A stretch of 64,000 nucleotides of DNA from Rubrivivax sp. (GTDB lineage: Bacteria > Pseudomonadota > Gammaproteobacteria > Burkholderiales > Burkholderiaceae_C). The notes under the pieces are model-generated. The model saw only the letters and a list, made by a program, of their open reading frames with translations. It was not told where the DNA came from and did not search any database. A program made the translations under genes and the position numbers. Below, in pieces: positions 8,972 through 18,572 of this stretch (positions are counted from its first letter, which is position 1; each line of letters starts with the position of its first letter). The stretch is taken from NCBI GenBank assembly GCA_026125665.1, contig JAHCKS010000015.1:5818-69817 (forward strand), given 5' to 3'.

Positions 8972-10524
8972 TCCGCAAGTTCATCCACCGCCTGCTCGGC
9001 CGCGGCGCCGACGCGCCCGCCGACGCCGCGCCGGCCCCCATCCCGCTCGGCACGCGGCGCGAGTTCACGCGCGAGGAGCATGGCATCGACCCGGCGCTGC
9101 TCGATGCCAACGCCGTGCGCGTGGTGCGCACGCTGAAGGAGGCCGGGTACGAGGCCTACGTGGTGGGCGGCGCGGTGCGCGACCTCATCGTCGGCCTCAG
9201 GCCGAAGGACTTCGACGTCGCCACCGACGCCACGCCCGAGCAGGTGAAGGCGCTGTTCCGCCGTGCCTTCATCATCGGCCGCCGCTTCCGCCTCGTGCAC
9301 GTGGTGTTCGGGCGCGGCCGCGAGCACGAGACGATCGAGGTCTCGACCTTCCGCGCCTACCTCGATGCCGCGGCGGCCGAGCAGGTGGAGGGCAACGAGA
9401 AGACGGCGAAGAGCCAGCTCGCGCAGAGGAGCACGGGCCACGTCGTGGACGCCAGCGGCCGCGTGCTGCGCGACAACGTCTGGGGCCCGCAGGTCGAGGA
9501 CGCGGCGCGGCGCGACTTCACGATCAACGCCATGTACTACGACCCGCTGACGCAGGTGGTCGTGGACTACCACGGCGGGCTGGCCGACGCGAAGGCGCGC
9601 CTCATCCGCATGATCGGCGACCCGCCGACGCGCTATCGCGAGGACCCGGTGCGCATCATTCGCGTCGTGCGCTTCGCTGCCAAGCTCGGCTTCACGGTCG
9701 AGGCCGCGACGGAGGCGCCGATCCCGCGCATGTCGGCCCTGCTGGCCAACGTGCCCGTGTCGCGCCTGTTCGACGAGATGGTCAAGCTGCTGCAGACCGG
9801 GCATGCGCTGGCCAGCGTCGAGCAGTTGCGCAAGCGCGGCCTCGAGCGCGGCGTGTTCCCGGTGCTCGAGGTGGCGCTGGCGCCGGGCCCGGCCGGCACG
9901 ACGCCGCGCGAGACCTTCGTGCGCCTCGCGCTCGAGGACACGGACAAGCGTGTCGCCGAGGGCCGCTCGGTGGCGCCGAGCTTCCTGCTGGCCTGCCTGT
10001 TGTGGCACGACGTGCAGCAGCGCTGGAGCGCCAGCCGTGAAGCCGGCGAGCCCGCGTTCCAGGCGCTGCAGCAGGCGGTGGAGGCGGCGTTCGAGGCGCG
10101 CATCGGCGACATCTCCGGCCGCGGCAAGCTGGCGGCGGACATGCGCGAGATCTGGCTCATGCAGCCGCGCTTCGAGCGGCGCACGGCGGCCAGCGTGCCG
10201 GCGCTGCTGGCGCAGCCGCGGTTCCGTGCCGGCTACGACTTCCTCCGCCTGCGTGCCGACGCCGGCGAGGTGAGTGCCGAGCTGGCCGACTGGTGGGAGG
10301 ACTACCACCTCGGCAGCGACGAGGACCGCGAGGCCATGCTGCGCGAGCTGCGCGCGGCGAGCACGACGCGCGTCCGGCGCGCCGGCGCCGAGGCGGGGGC
10401 CGCTGCGCCTGCCGCGCCGGTCGGGGTCGACGTCGTGCTCGACGATGCCGCGGCCCCCGCGAAGCGCCGCCGTCGCCGGCGCCGGCGAGGTGCCCGGCCC
10501 GAAGCGGCCGGCGGCGAGGCCTGA
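8968..10524 (+). CDS. pcnB: Poly(A) polymerase I
   Basis: VGGAVRDL..G.RPKDFDVAT, IIGRRFRLVHV, RRDFTINA, basic C-terminal tail. Confidence 0.93.
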   Translation: MIRKFIHRLLGRGADAPADAAPAPIPLGTRREFTREEHGIDPALLDANAVRVVRTLKEAGYEAYVVGGAVRDLIVGLRPKDFDVATDATPEQVKALFRRAFIIGRRFRLVHVVFGRGREHETIEVSTFRAYLDAAAAEQVEGNEKTAKSQLAQRSTGHVVDASGRVLRDNVWGPQVEDAARRDFTINAMYYDPLTQVVVDYHGGLADAKARLIRMIGDPPTRYREDPVRIIRVVRFAAKLGFTVEAATEAPIPRMSALLANVPVSRLFDEMVKLLQTGHALASVEQLRKRGLERGVFPVLEVALAPGPAGTTPRETFVRLALEDTDKRVAEGRSVAPSFLLACLLWHDVQQRWSASREAGEPAFQALQQAVEAAFEARIGDISGRGKLAADMREIWLMQPRFERRTAASVPALLAQPRFRAGYDFLRLRADAGEVSAELADWWEDYHLGSDEDREAMLRELRAASTTRVRRAGAEAGAAAPAAPVGVDVVLDDAAAPAKRRRRRRRRGARPEAAGGEA

Positions 10525-10612
10525 TCCGATCGGCGCGCCACCTACAATCCCCGCCGCGAGGAGGCGGTGTCCGACTGCAGTCCGATGAGACAACGATAAG
10601 AAGGGACGGCCG

Positions 10613-11260
10613 ATGGTCTTCCGCAAGCTGCTGCCGCGCGAGGGCAACTTCTTCGAGCTCTTCAACGAGCACGGGCGCTGCATCTCCGAAGGTGCCAGGG
10701 CCTTCATGCGCCTGGTGCAGAACTACGCCGACCTCGACGCACGAGAGCGTCATGCGCGCGAGGTCGGCGACCTCGAGCGCGCTGCCGACCGCGTCACGGC
10801 CGAGGTGCACCGCCTGCTGCACCGCACGTTCATCACGCCGCTGGACCGCGAGCAGATCCACAGTCTCATCAACACGATGGACGACGTGCTCGACCTGCTG
10901 CAGGACTCGAGCGAGGTGATGCAGCTCTACGACCTGCAGAAGCTGCCCGAGGACGTGATGCGCCTGTCGGAGGTGTCGGTGCGTTGCTGCGAGCGCGTGC
11001 AGCACGTGGTGACGCTGCTGCCGCGCCTGCGCGACGCCGCCGTGGCCGAGGCGGCGCTGAAGAACTGCGAGGAGATCGACCAGCTCGAGTCCGACGCCGA
11101 CCGCGTGATGCGAAGCGCGATGTCGCGCCTGTTCCGCGAGGAGCCCGACACGCGCGAGCTGATCAAGCTGAAGGCGGTGTACGAGCACCTCGAGTCGATC
11201 TCCGACCGCTGCCTCGACGTGGCCAACCTCGTCGAGGGCGTCGTCCTCGAGAACAGCTGA
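10613..11260 (+). CDS. DUF47 / PhoU-like phosphate transport regulator
   Basis: LHRTFITPLDREQI...DDVLD...LESISDRC, upstream of pit. Confidence 0.88.
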   Translation: MVFRKLLPREGNFFELFNEHGRCISEGARAFMRLVQNYADLDARERHAREVGDLERAADRVTAEVHRLLHRTFITPLDREQIHSLINTMDDVLDLLQDSSEVMQLYDLQKLPEDVMRLSEVSVRCCERVQHVVTLLPRLRDAAVAEAALKNCEEIDQLESDADRVMRSAMSRLFREEPDTRELIKLKAVYEHLESISDRCLDVANLVEGVVLENS

Positions 11261-11295
11261 GGCGCCCGCGCGTCCTGCCGCCGGGCCCTGCCGCC

Positions 11296-12306
11296 ATGCA
11301 GACGATGCAGATCGCCTTCTGGGTGGTGGTGATGCTCGTCGTGCTGGCATTGCTGTTCGACTTCATGAACGGCTTCCACGACGCCGCCAACAGCATCGCC
11401 ACCGTCGTTTCCACCGGTGTGCTGAAGCCCACGCAGGCCGTGGCCTTCGCCGCCTTCTTCAACGTCCTGGCGATCTTCTTCTTCCAGCTGAAGGTGGCGG
11501 CCACCGTCGGCAAGGGCATCGTCGAGCCGGGCATCGTCGACCAGCACGTCGTCTTCGGCGCGCTGGTCGGCGCCATCGCCTGGAACGTGCTGACCTGGTG
11601 GTACGGCATCCCGTCGTCGAGCTCGCACGCGCTCATCGGCGGCATCGTCGGCGCCACCATCGCCAAGGCCGGGATCGCGCCGCTCATCGCCAGCGGCGTG
11701 ATGCGCACGGTGGCCTTCATCTTCGTGTCGCCGGCGCTCGGCTTCCTGTTCGGCTCGCTGCTGATGGTGGGCACGTCGTGGGTGTTCAGGCGCCGCTCGC
11801 CGCTGCCCGTGGACAAGTTCTTCCGCCGCGCGCAGCTGGTCTCGGCCGGGCTGTACTCGCTGGGACACGGTGGCAACGATGCGCAGAAGACGATCGGCAT
11901 CATCTGGCTGCTGCTCATCGCCGCGGGCGTCAGCGCGACCACCGACAAGCTGCCGCCCGCCTGGGTGATCTGGAGCTGCTACATCGCCATCGGCCTGGGC
12001 ACGCTTTTCGGCGGCTGGCGCATCGTGAAGACGATGGGCCAGCGCATCACCAAGCTGAAGCCCGTGGGCGGCTTCTGTGCCGAGACCGGCGGCGCGATCA
12101 CGTTGTTCCTCGCCACCGGGCTGGGCGTGCCGGTGTCGACGACGCACACGATCACCGGTGCGATCTACGGTGTCGGCTCGGTGCGCAGCGCCTCGGCCGT
12201 GCGGTGGGGGCTGGCGGCGAACATCCTGCTGGCCTGGATCTTCACCATCCCCGCCACGGCGTTCATCGCGGCCGTGTTCTACGGCTTGAGCGTGGCACTG
12301 TTCTGA
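11296..12306 (+). CDS. pit: Inorganic phosphate transporter, PiT family
   Basis: NGFHDAANSIAT, PSSSSHALIGG, GHGGNDAQK, PVSTTH. Confidence 0.92.
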   Translation: MQTMQIAFWVVVMLVVLALLFDFMNGFHDAANSIATVVSTGVLKPTQAVAFAAFFNVLAIFFFQLKVAATVGKGIVEPGIVDQHVVFGALVGAIAWNVLTWWYGIPSSSSHALIGGIVGATIAKAGIAPLIASGVMRTVAFIFVSPALGFLFGSLLMVGTSWVFRRRSPLPVDKFFRRAQLVSAGLYSLGHGGNDAQKTIGIIWLLLIAAGVSATTDKLPPAWVIWSCYIAIGLGTLFGGWRIVKTMGQRITKLKPVGGFCAETGGAITLFLATGLGVPVSTTHTITGAIYGVGSVRSASAVRWGLAANILLAWIFTIPATAFIAAVFYGLSVALF

Positions 12307-12396
12307 GCGTCAGCGCCAGGGGCGGGTTGTCCGGACTGTCGCCCCTCGCCGAGGGCGAGCTGACCGGCCGCGCCGGCTTGCCGGGCTGGAAGACGC

Positions 12397-12861
12397 TCAG
12401 CGGCGGACGTCCTCGGCAGGGGTCTCCGCCTGCCACTCGAAGGCCTTCTGGATGGAGAAGGCGATCGTGCCGATGAGCACGATGCCGCCCAGCAGCAGCC
12501 CGAGCACGGCCGCGAAGACGGCGCCCCAGCGGCTTTCACGCGCAGGCTGCCCGGGGTTCCACGTGGCGCCCCAGCGCTCGTCCGGCGTCAGGGCGTAGAG
12601 GATGGCGAAGAGCATGCCCTGAGAGAGCATGAGCCCGAGCAACGGCACCAGCACCCACGCGAGGCGGTCGTCGTGGCCGAGTGTGGCCATGCGTTCGACG
12701 CCGACCAGGCCGAGCACCGTGACGGGCAGGTGCGCCCACGCCAGGAGATCGCGGGGGCCGTGCAGGTAGATGCGATGCAGGCCGATCGCACCGAACAGCA
12801 GAGCCAGCCATGCGGCCAGCGTCTTGGCGCGATACGGCGCCGCAGGAGCGGTTGTTGGCAC
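12397..12861 (-). CDS. TM2/NINE-domain membrane protein
   Basis: KTLAAWLALLFGAIGLHRIYL TM2 motif and hydrophobic segments. Confidence 0.75.
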   Translation of the reverse strand: MPTTAPAAPYRAKTLAAWLALLFGAIGLHRIYLHGPRDLLAWAHLPVTVLGLVGVERMATLGHDDRLAWVLVPLLGLMLSQGMLFAILYALTPDERWGATWNPGQPARESRWGAVFAAVLGLLLGGIVLIGTIAFSIQKAFEWQAETPAEDVRR

Positions 12862-12869
12862 GGGCGCCG

Positions 12870-12877
12870 ACTATAAT
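12870..12877. promoter_or_regulatory. Overlapping divergent -10 elements (TATAAT on + toward rpsP, TATAGT on - toward the TM2 gene)
   Basis: ACTATAAT in a GC-rich background. The minus-strand hexamer is 8 nt from the GTG at 12861. Confidence 0.55.
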
Positions 12878-13067
12878 GCGCGGTTCCTGCCGACGGCCGC
12901 GGCCTTCATCGGGTCACGGCGTATCTACGGCGGCGGGGCGTATGAACGCCGGCCGGTGTCGCGCCCGGGTGCCAATGAGGCTCCGGGGCGGCTCCGGCCC
13001 CATCGATGGCCGGCCCGGTGTGTCTCCCGTGGCATGGTGATCGGCACCGCAAGCAAGGCATCCGAGC

Positions 13068-13316
13068 ATGGTCGTCATCCGTCTTTCCCGCGGCGGCGCG
13101 AAGAAGCGCCCCTTCTACAACATCGTCGTGGCCGATTCGCGCGAACGCCGCGACGGCCGCTTCATCGAGCGCGTCGGCTTCTACAACCCGATGGCGGCCG
13201 GCGGCGAGCAGCCGCTGCGCGTGGCGCTGGACCGCGTGACCTACTGGTCGGGCGTCGGCGCGCAGTTGTCGCCCACCGTGCGACGGCTGGTCGACCAGGC
13301 ACGCAAGGCGGCCTGA
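13068..13316 (+). CDS. rpsP: 30S ribosomal protein S16
   Basis: [39 protein letters not shown]. Confidence 0.97.
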   Translation: MVVIRLSRGGAKKRPFYNIVVADSRERRDGRFIERVGFYNPMAAGGEQPLRVALDRVTYWSGVGAQLSPTVRRLVDQARKAA

Positions 13317-13375
13317 TCGGCCCGGTCTCGCCCTGGGCTGCGCCACCGGGGCCGAGCCGGGTGCCGACCGTCGGC

Positions 13376-13990
13376 ATGGACGAGCCTGCCTTTCCACCTG
13401 ACGCGGTGGAAGTGGGCCGCATCGTCGGCGCCTGGGGCGTGAAGGGCGCCGTCCGCGTCAAGCCCTTCTCGGCCGATCCGCAGGCGCTCTTCTCGTCGAA
13501 GCGCTGGTTCCTCCAGGCACCGGAGCGGGTGGTGCCACCGCCAGGAGCGAAGCGTGCCGCGCCCGGGGCATCCGCGGCGGCCCGCCTGTCTGCCTTCGCG
13601 TGGCCGCGCCTGCTGCGCGTGCGGCAGGCACGCGAGCAGGGCGAGCACGTCGTCGCCACCGCCGAAGACCTCGACGACCGCGACGCGGCGCAGGCCCTGG
13701 CGGGCGCACGGATCTTCGTCTCGCGGGCCAGCTTCCCGACCCCGGACCCCGACGAGTTCTACTGGGTCGACCTGATCGGCCTGGCGGTGCGCAACCGCGA
13801 GGGCCTGGACCTGGGCACGGTGGTCGGCCTGGTCGAGACCGGCCCGACCTGCGTGCTGCGCGTGCAGCCGCCGCCCGGCGACCCCGACGCCGCCCCCGAG
13901 GAGAGGCTGATTCCCTTCGTCGGCAGCTTCGTCGATCGCGTCGACCTGACCAGCCGCTGCGTGCATGTCGACTGGCAGCCGGACTACTGA
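13376..13990 (+). CDS. rimM: Ribosome maturation factor RimM
   Basis: VGRIVGAWGVKG, DEFYWVDLIG, LIPFV, VDWQPDY. Start approximate. Confidence 0.9.
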   Translation: MDEPAFPPDAVEVGRIVGAWGVKGAVRVKPFSADPQALFSSKRWFLQAPERVVPPPGAKRAAPGASAAARLSAFAWPRLLRVRQAREQGEHVVATAEDLDDRDAAQALAGARIFVSRASFPTPDPDEFYWVDLIGLAVRNREGLDLGTVVGLVETGPTCVLRVQPPPGDPDAAPEERLIPFVGSFVDRVDLTSRCVHVDWQPDY

Positions 13991-14011
13991 ACCGGCCAGC
14001 GGGCGACAACG

Positions 14012-14839
14012 ATGCGCTTCGACGTCATCACGCTCTTCCCCGAGGTCTTCGCACCTCACCTGAGCGCGGGCGTGACGCGTCGCGCCTTCGGCGGCGGCTC
14101 GGTCGACGTTCGCCTGTGGCCGCTGCGCGACTTCGCCGACGATGCCTACCGCCGGGTCGACGACCGGCCCTACGGCGGCGGTCCCGGGATGGTGATGCTG
14201 GCCGAGCCGCTGTTGCGAGCGCTGGCGGCGGTCCGTACCGACCGCGCGGCGGAAGCGCGCTTCGGCGGGTCACCGCCATCGCCCGCGCTGCCGATGCCGG
14301 TGGTGCACTTCAGCCCCGCGGGCCGCCGGCTCGAGCAGCAACTCGTGCGCGAGTTCGCGCGCGGCCCGGGCGCGGTGCTGGTGTGCGGCCGCTACGAGGG
14401 AATCGACCAGCGTTTCGTCGAGCGCTGCGTCACGCACGAGCTCAGCCTCGGCGACCTCGTGCTGTCGGGCGGTGAACTGCCGGCGCTGGTGCTGCTGGAT
14501 GCCGTGGCACGGCTGCAGGCGGGCGTGCTGCCGCCGGAATCGGTGCAGCAGGAGAGCTTCTCCGAGGGGGACCCGGCGGCCGGCGTGATCGCCGGCCTGC
14601 TCGAGGGACCGCACTACAGCCGGCCGGAGACGCTGGTGCTGGAGGGCGAGCGGGCCGACGTGCCGCCGGTGCTGCTTTCCGGACATCACGAGCGCATCGC
14701 GCGCTGGCGGCGCGAGCGCTCGCTCGAGGTGACGGCGCGCCGGCGGCCCGATCTGCTCGCGCGTGCGCGATCCGCCGGGCACCTCACGGCGGACGACGAA
14801 CGGTTCCTCGCTTCGCTGGGCGAAGGCCCGCCGCTATAA
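14012..14839 (+). CDS. trmD: tRNA (m1G37) methyltransferase
   Basis: VDDRPYGGGPGMV, CGRYEGIDQR, SLGDLVLSGGE, VLLSGHH. Confidence 0.95.
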   Translation: MRFDVITLFPEVFAPHLSAGVTRRAFGGGSVDVRLWPLRDFADDAYRRVDDRPYGGGPGMVMLAEPLLRALAAVRTDRAAEARFGGSPPSPALPMPVVHFSPAGRRLEQQLVREFARGPGAVLVCGRYEGIDQRFVERCVTHELSLGDLVLSGGELPALVLLDAVARLQAGVLPPESVQQESFSEGDPAAGVIAGLLEGPHYSRPETLVLEGERADVPPVLLSGHHERIARWRRERSLEVTARRRPDLLARARSAGHLTADDERFLASLGEGPPL

Positions 14840-14974
14840 TCCGCAGCTTTTCGATCCTCTGCCGGGCCACAACGGCGGGGCCAACGCCCCGCAGCCGCCA
14901 ACCCGCCCGTCACGCCCCTCGCGTGAGCCGACGCCGGCGCCCGCCGGCTGGCCGCAAGATCGATGGAGCCACCG

Positions 14975-15328
14975 ATGGACCTCATCGCCACCCTCGAGCG
15001 GGAAGAGATTGCCCGCCTGGACCGCAAGCTGCCCGAGTTCGCCCCCGGCGACACCGTGGTCGTCAGCGTCAACGTCGTCGAAGGCAGCCGCAAGCGCGTG
15101 CAGGCCTACGAAGGCGTCGTCATCGCCAAGCGCAACCGCGGGCTGAACAGCAGCTTCATCGTGCGCAAGATCAGCAGCGGCGAAGGCGTGGAGCGCACGT
15201 TCCAGCTGTACAGCCCGCTCATCGCCGGCATCGAGGTCAAGCGCCGCGGCGACGTGCGGCGCGCCAAGCTGTACTTCCTGCGCCAGCGCAGCGGCAAGTC
15301 GGCACGCATCAAGGCCAAGCTGGCCTGA
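14975..15328 (+). CDS. rplS: 50S ribosomal protein L19
   Basis: PEFAPGDTV...[10 protein letters not shown]...[14 protein letters not shown]...[16 protein letters not shown] at 14835-14840 suggests an internal promoter. Confidence 0.96.
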   Translation: MDLIATLEREEIARLDRKLPEFAPGDTVVVSVNVVEGSRKRVQAYEGVVIAKRNRGLNSSFIVRKISSGEGVERTFQLYSPLIAGIEVKRRGDVRRAKLYFLRQRSGKSARIKAKLA

Positions 15329-15358
15329 GCGGCCCGGGCGCGCTTCTCGCCGTCCTCC

Positions 15359-16081
15359 TTGTCCCCGTCACGGCTCTCGGCCCGCGTCCTGGACCCGCGC
15401 CAGGTGCCCGTGGCCGGGCACGACGCGCATCTGCCCGCCATCCCCGATGAGCGCCTGAGCGCGCCCGCGTTGCGCGCGCGCTTTGCGGGCCTCGCCGCGG
15501 GCGAGCCCTTCAGGCCGGAGATGCCTGGCGATGGCCGCCGCTTCGAGCCCGAGCGGGAGACCTCACCGGCTGCGGTGCTCGTGCCGCTGGTGCAGCGCCC
15601 GACGGGCCTGTCGGTGCTGCTCACCCGCCGCACCGACCACCTGCGCGACCACGCCGGGCAGATCAGCTTCCCCGGCGGACGCGCCGAGCCGGGAGACGCC
15701 GGTGCCGCCGACACCGCGCTGCGCGAAGCCGAGGAGGAGGTCGGCCTGGCCCGCGACCGCGTCGAGGTGGTCGGGGAACTGCCCGTGTACACGACGGTGA
15801 CCAGCTACGCCGTCACGCCGGTGGTGGGGCTCGTCGAGCCGCCCTTCGCCTTGACGCTCGACACGTTCGAAGTGGCCGAGGCGTTCGAGGTCCCGCTCGC
15901 GTTCCTGATGTCGCCGGCGCACCATCGCCGTCACGTCTTCACCTTCGAGGGCGGACAGCGGCAGTTCCTCTCGATGCCGTGGCACGGCCCCGGCTCGGAC
16001 GGCCAGCCGCGCGAGTACTTCATCTGGGGCGCCACGGCGGCGATGCTGCGCAACCTGTACCGCCTGCTGGCCGCGGGCTGA
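15359..16081 (+). CDS. Nudix hydrolase, CoA pyrophosphatase type
   Basis: LLTRRTDHLRDHAGQISFPGG plus Nudix box ALREAEEEVG, IWGATA. Start uncertain. Confidence 0.88.
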   Translation: MSPSRLSARVLDPRQVPVAGHDAHLPAIPDERLSAPALRARFAGLAAGEPFRPEMPGDGRRFEPERETSPAAVLVPLVQRPTGLSVLLTRRTDHLRDHAGQISFPGGRAEPGDAGAADTALREAEEEVGLARDRVEVVGELPVYTTVTSYAVTPVVGLVEPPFALTLDTFEVAEAFEVPLAFLMSPAHHRRHVFTFEGGQRQFLSMPWHGPGSDGQPREYFIWGATAAMLRNLYRLLAAG

Positions 16082-16240
16082 GAAGCTGTGAACGAACCCT
16101 CCACGCCCGCTCGTCACGCCAAACGACGCCCGCTCGTCGTTGCAAATGCTCGCCATAGCCCGAGCTATGGCTGCGCTTTGCGCCTAGATCGGGCGCCGTT
16201 TGGCGTGCCGCTCGGGCGCGGCCGGTTCATTCACAGCTTC
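16082..16240. mobile_element. 159-bp MITE-like palindromic element with TGA target-site duplication
   Basis: TIR GAAGCTGTGAA...TTCACAGCTTC flanked by TGA at 16079-81 and 16241-43. Inner IR at 16115-32/16190-207, central hairpin GCCATAGC-CCGA-GCTATGGC. Confidence 0.7.
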
Positions 16241-16305
16241 TGAGGCGAACGTCGCGCCGTTCGCTCCGAGGGGCGCGCGCCGCAGCGCCTCTATCATCGG
16301 TGCCG

Positions 16306-17295
16306 ATGGGGTTCGTGGCGGTCGTCTTGGCGCTGTTGCTGGAGCAGATCAAGCCGCTGCCGCGCGAGTCGTCGCTGCACGGCCTGCTGCGCGACTACGT
16401 GGGCTGGTGCGGCCGCAGCTTCGATGCCGGCAAGCCGCACCATGCCTGGGTGGCGTGGTGCGTCGCGGTGGGTCCCCCGACGCTCGCGGTGTTCGGTACG
16501 TACCTGTTCATCCAGCGGCACAACGTGCTGCTGGCGCTGGCCTTCGACGTCATCGTCCTCTACATCACGCTGGGCTTCCGCCAGTTCAGCCACTACTTCA
16601 CAGACATCCGCCAGGCGCTGGAGCGCGGCGACGAGGACGAGGCGCGGCGCCTGCTCGCCGAGTGGCGCCACCTCGACACGAGCGAGCTGCCGCGCACCGA
16701 GGTGCTGCGGCATGTCGTCGAGCACGCATTGCTGGCCGCGCACCGGCACGTCTTCGGCGTCTTCTTCTGGTTCGTCGCGCTGTCGGCCGTGGGCCTGGGC
16801 CCGGCCGGTGCGGTGCTCTATCGCCTGGCCGAGTTCGGCAGCCGCTACTGGGGCTACCGCCAGCGCACGATGGACGCGCCGGTCAACGTGGCGCTGCTGG
16901 AGCTCTCGCAGCGCCTGTTCTCGCTCATCGACCACGTACCGGCGCGACTCACGGCGTTCGGCTTCGCCGTCGTCGGCGACTTCGAGGAGGCGGTGGCGGG
17001 CTGGCGGCGCGACGCCGGCCTGTGGCAGCACCCCAACGAGGGCATCATCCTCGCTGCGGCGGCCGGCGCCGTCGGCGTGCAGCTCGGGGGCGCGGCGCCG
17101 CCGGGCGTGACGCCGGACCGCCGCAAGACGTTCACGAGCGGCGGCGCACCCGACCTCGCCGCGGCCGCCGGCTCGACCGAAGGCGCGCCGGCCCAGCTCG
17201 GGCACCTGGCGAGCGTGGTGGGGCTGGTCTGGCGCTCGGTCGTGCTGTGGCTGCTGCTGGTGGCGCTGCTCACGGCGGCCAACGTGCTCGGCTAG
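16306..17295 (+). CDS. CobD/CbiB (AmpE-like) family membrane protein
   Basis: LYITLGFRQFSH, AHRHVFGVFFWF, GPAGAVLYRL, DHVPARLTA. Confidence 0.8.
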   Translation: MGFVAVVLALLLEQIKPLPRESSLHGLLRDYVGWCGRSFDAGKPHHAWVAWCVAVGPPTLAVFGTYLFIQRHNVLLALAFDVIVLYITLGFRQFSHYFTDIRQALERGDEDEARRLLAEWRHLDTSELPRTEVLRHVVEHALLAAHRHVFGVFFWFVALSAVGLGPAGAVLYRLAEFGSRYWGYRQRTMDAPVNVALLELSQRLFSLIDHVPARLTAFGFAVVGDFEEAVAGWRRDAGLWQHPNEGIILAAAAGAVGVQLGGAAPPGVTPDRRKTFTSGGAPDLAAAAGSTEGAPAQLGHLASVVGLVWRSVVLWLLLVALLTAANVLG

Positions 17296-17317
17296 CCGCG
17301 GGTGCGCGGTCGTCCCG

Positions 17318-18235
17318 CTACCAGGCCGTCGCCGACAGTTCCTCGTACAGCTCGGCGTAGATGCGCAGGCGGCTCGCGCTGACGAGCCCGGCCTCGGCGG
17401 CCGCGCGCACCGCGCAGCCCGGCTCCTGGCGGTGCGTGCAGTTGGTGAAGCGGCACCCCGCCGCGTGTGCGGCGAGGTCGGGCATCAGCGCGGCGAGCCG
17501 TGCCGGCTCCACCTGGCGCAGGCCGAACTCCTGGAATCCGGGTGAATCGATGAGCGCGCCACGACGCTCGTCGTCCAGCCAGTACCAGGTGCTTCGTGTC
17601 GTCGTGTGCCGCCCGGCGTTGAGTGCACGCGAGATCTCGCCGACCTGGGCCTCGGCGCCGGGCACGAGGCGGTTGACGAGCGTGCTCTTGCCCATCCCGC
17701 TCGGGCCCAGCAGCAGCGTCACGCGGGCGGCCAGCAGCGGCGCGAGCCGTTCCCGTGCGGCCGCCGGGTCGGCCTTCAGCGCCAGCTCGACGACCGGCAC
17801 GCCCATGGCCGCGTAGGGCGCGAGGCGCTCGCGGGCGCCGGCGGCCCCGGGCAGGTCGATCTTGTTCAGGCCGATCAGCACCGGCACGTCGGCGGCGCGC
17901 GCGGCGATCAGCGCCCGCGCCAGCTGGGCCTCGGAGGAGGGCGGCTGCACGGCCACCAGGTAGAGCAGCTGGTCGAGGTTGGCGGCGAAGCTCTTGCTGC
18001 GCCATTCGTCGCGGCGAAAGAGCAGATTGCGGCGCGGCAGCAGCCCGGTGACGACACCGCCGTCGCCGGCCGGCTGCCAGCGCACGCGGTCGCCGACGAC
18101 GAGATCGCTCTTCTTGCCACGCGTCTGGCAGTGCACGCGCCGTCCGGCCGGCGTCTCGACGAGCACGTGCCGGCCGAAGGTCGCGACGACGAGCGCCGCC
18201 GCTCCGTGCTCCGGCGCGCGCGCTTCGGCACTCAA
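17318..18235 (-). CDS. rsgA: Ribosome small subunit-dependent GTPase A
   Basis: Circularly permuted GTPase: NKID, GPSGMGKS, GRHTTT, DSPG, zinc finger CRFTNCTH..EPGC. TTG start overlaps the upstream stop. Confidence 0.92.
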   Translation of the reverse strand: MSAEARAPEHGAAALVVATFGRHVLVETPAGRRVHCQTRGKKSDLVVGDRVRWQPAGDGGVVTGLLPRRNLLFRRDEWRSKSFAANLDQLLYLVAVQPPSSEAQLARALIAARAADVPVLIGLNKIDLPGAAGARERLAPYAAMGVPVVELALKADPAAARERLAPLLAARVTLLLGPSGMGKSTLVNRLVPGAEAQVGEISRALNAGRHTTTRSTWYWLDDERRGALIDSPGFQEFGLRQVEPARLAALMPDLAAHAAGCRFTNCTHRQEPGCAVRAAAEAGLVSASRLRIYAELYEELSATAW

Positions 18236-18558
18236 GGCAGCAGCGCGTCCACCTTGGCGGCGCAGATGAAGTCGTTGAGTGTCAGCCCGCCCGCGGCGTG
18301 CGTGCTGTAGCGCAGCGTGCAGCGGTTGTAGCCGACGAGCAGCTCGGGGTGGTGGTCCTCGCGGTGAGCCACCCACGCGACGGCGTTGACGAAGGCCATC
18401 GTCTGGTGGAAGTCGGCGAAACCGAACCGCCGCTCGAGCTGCCCGTCGACGACGGCCCAGCGCGGCAGCACGGCGACGTGGCGCGCCACCTCGCCGGCGT
18501 CCAGCGTCGGGCCCGAGGTCGGGCGGCAGCGCAGCGCGGCGAGATCGTTGGCGTCCAT
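18232..18558 (-). CDS. Pterin-4-alpha-carbinolamine dehydratase
   Basis: FADFHQTMAFVNAVA..AHREDHHPEL...STHAAGGLTLNDFICAAKVD. Confidence 0.9.
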   Translation of the reverse strand: MDANDLAALRCRPTSGPTLDAGEVARHVAVLPRWAVVDGQLERRFGFADFHQTMAFVNAVAWVAHREDHHPELLVGYNRCTLRYSTHAAGGLTLNDFICAAKVDALLP

Positions 18559-18572
18559 CGCGGCGGCGGCCC

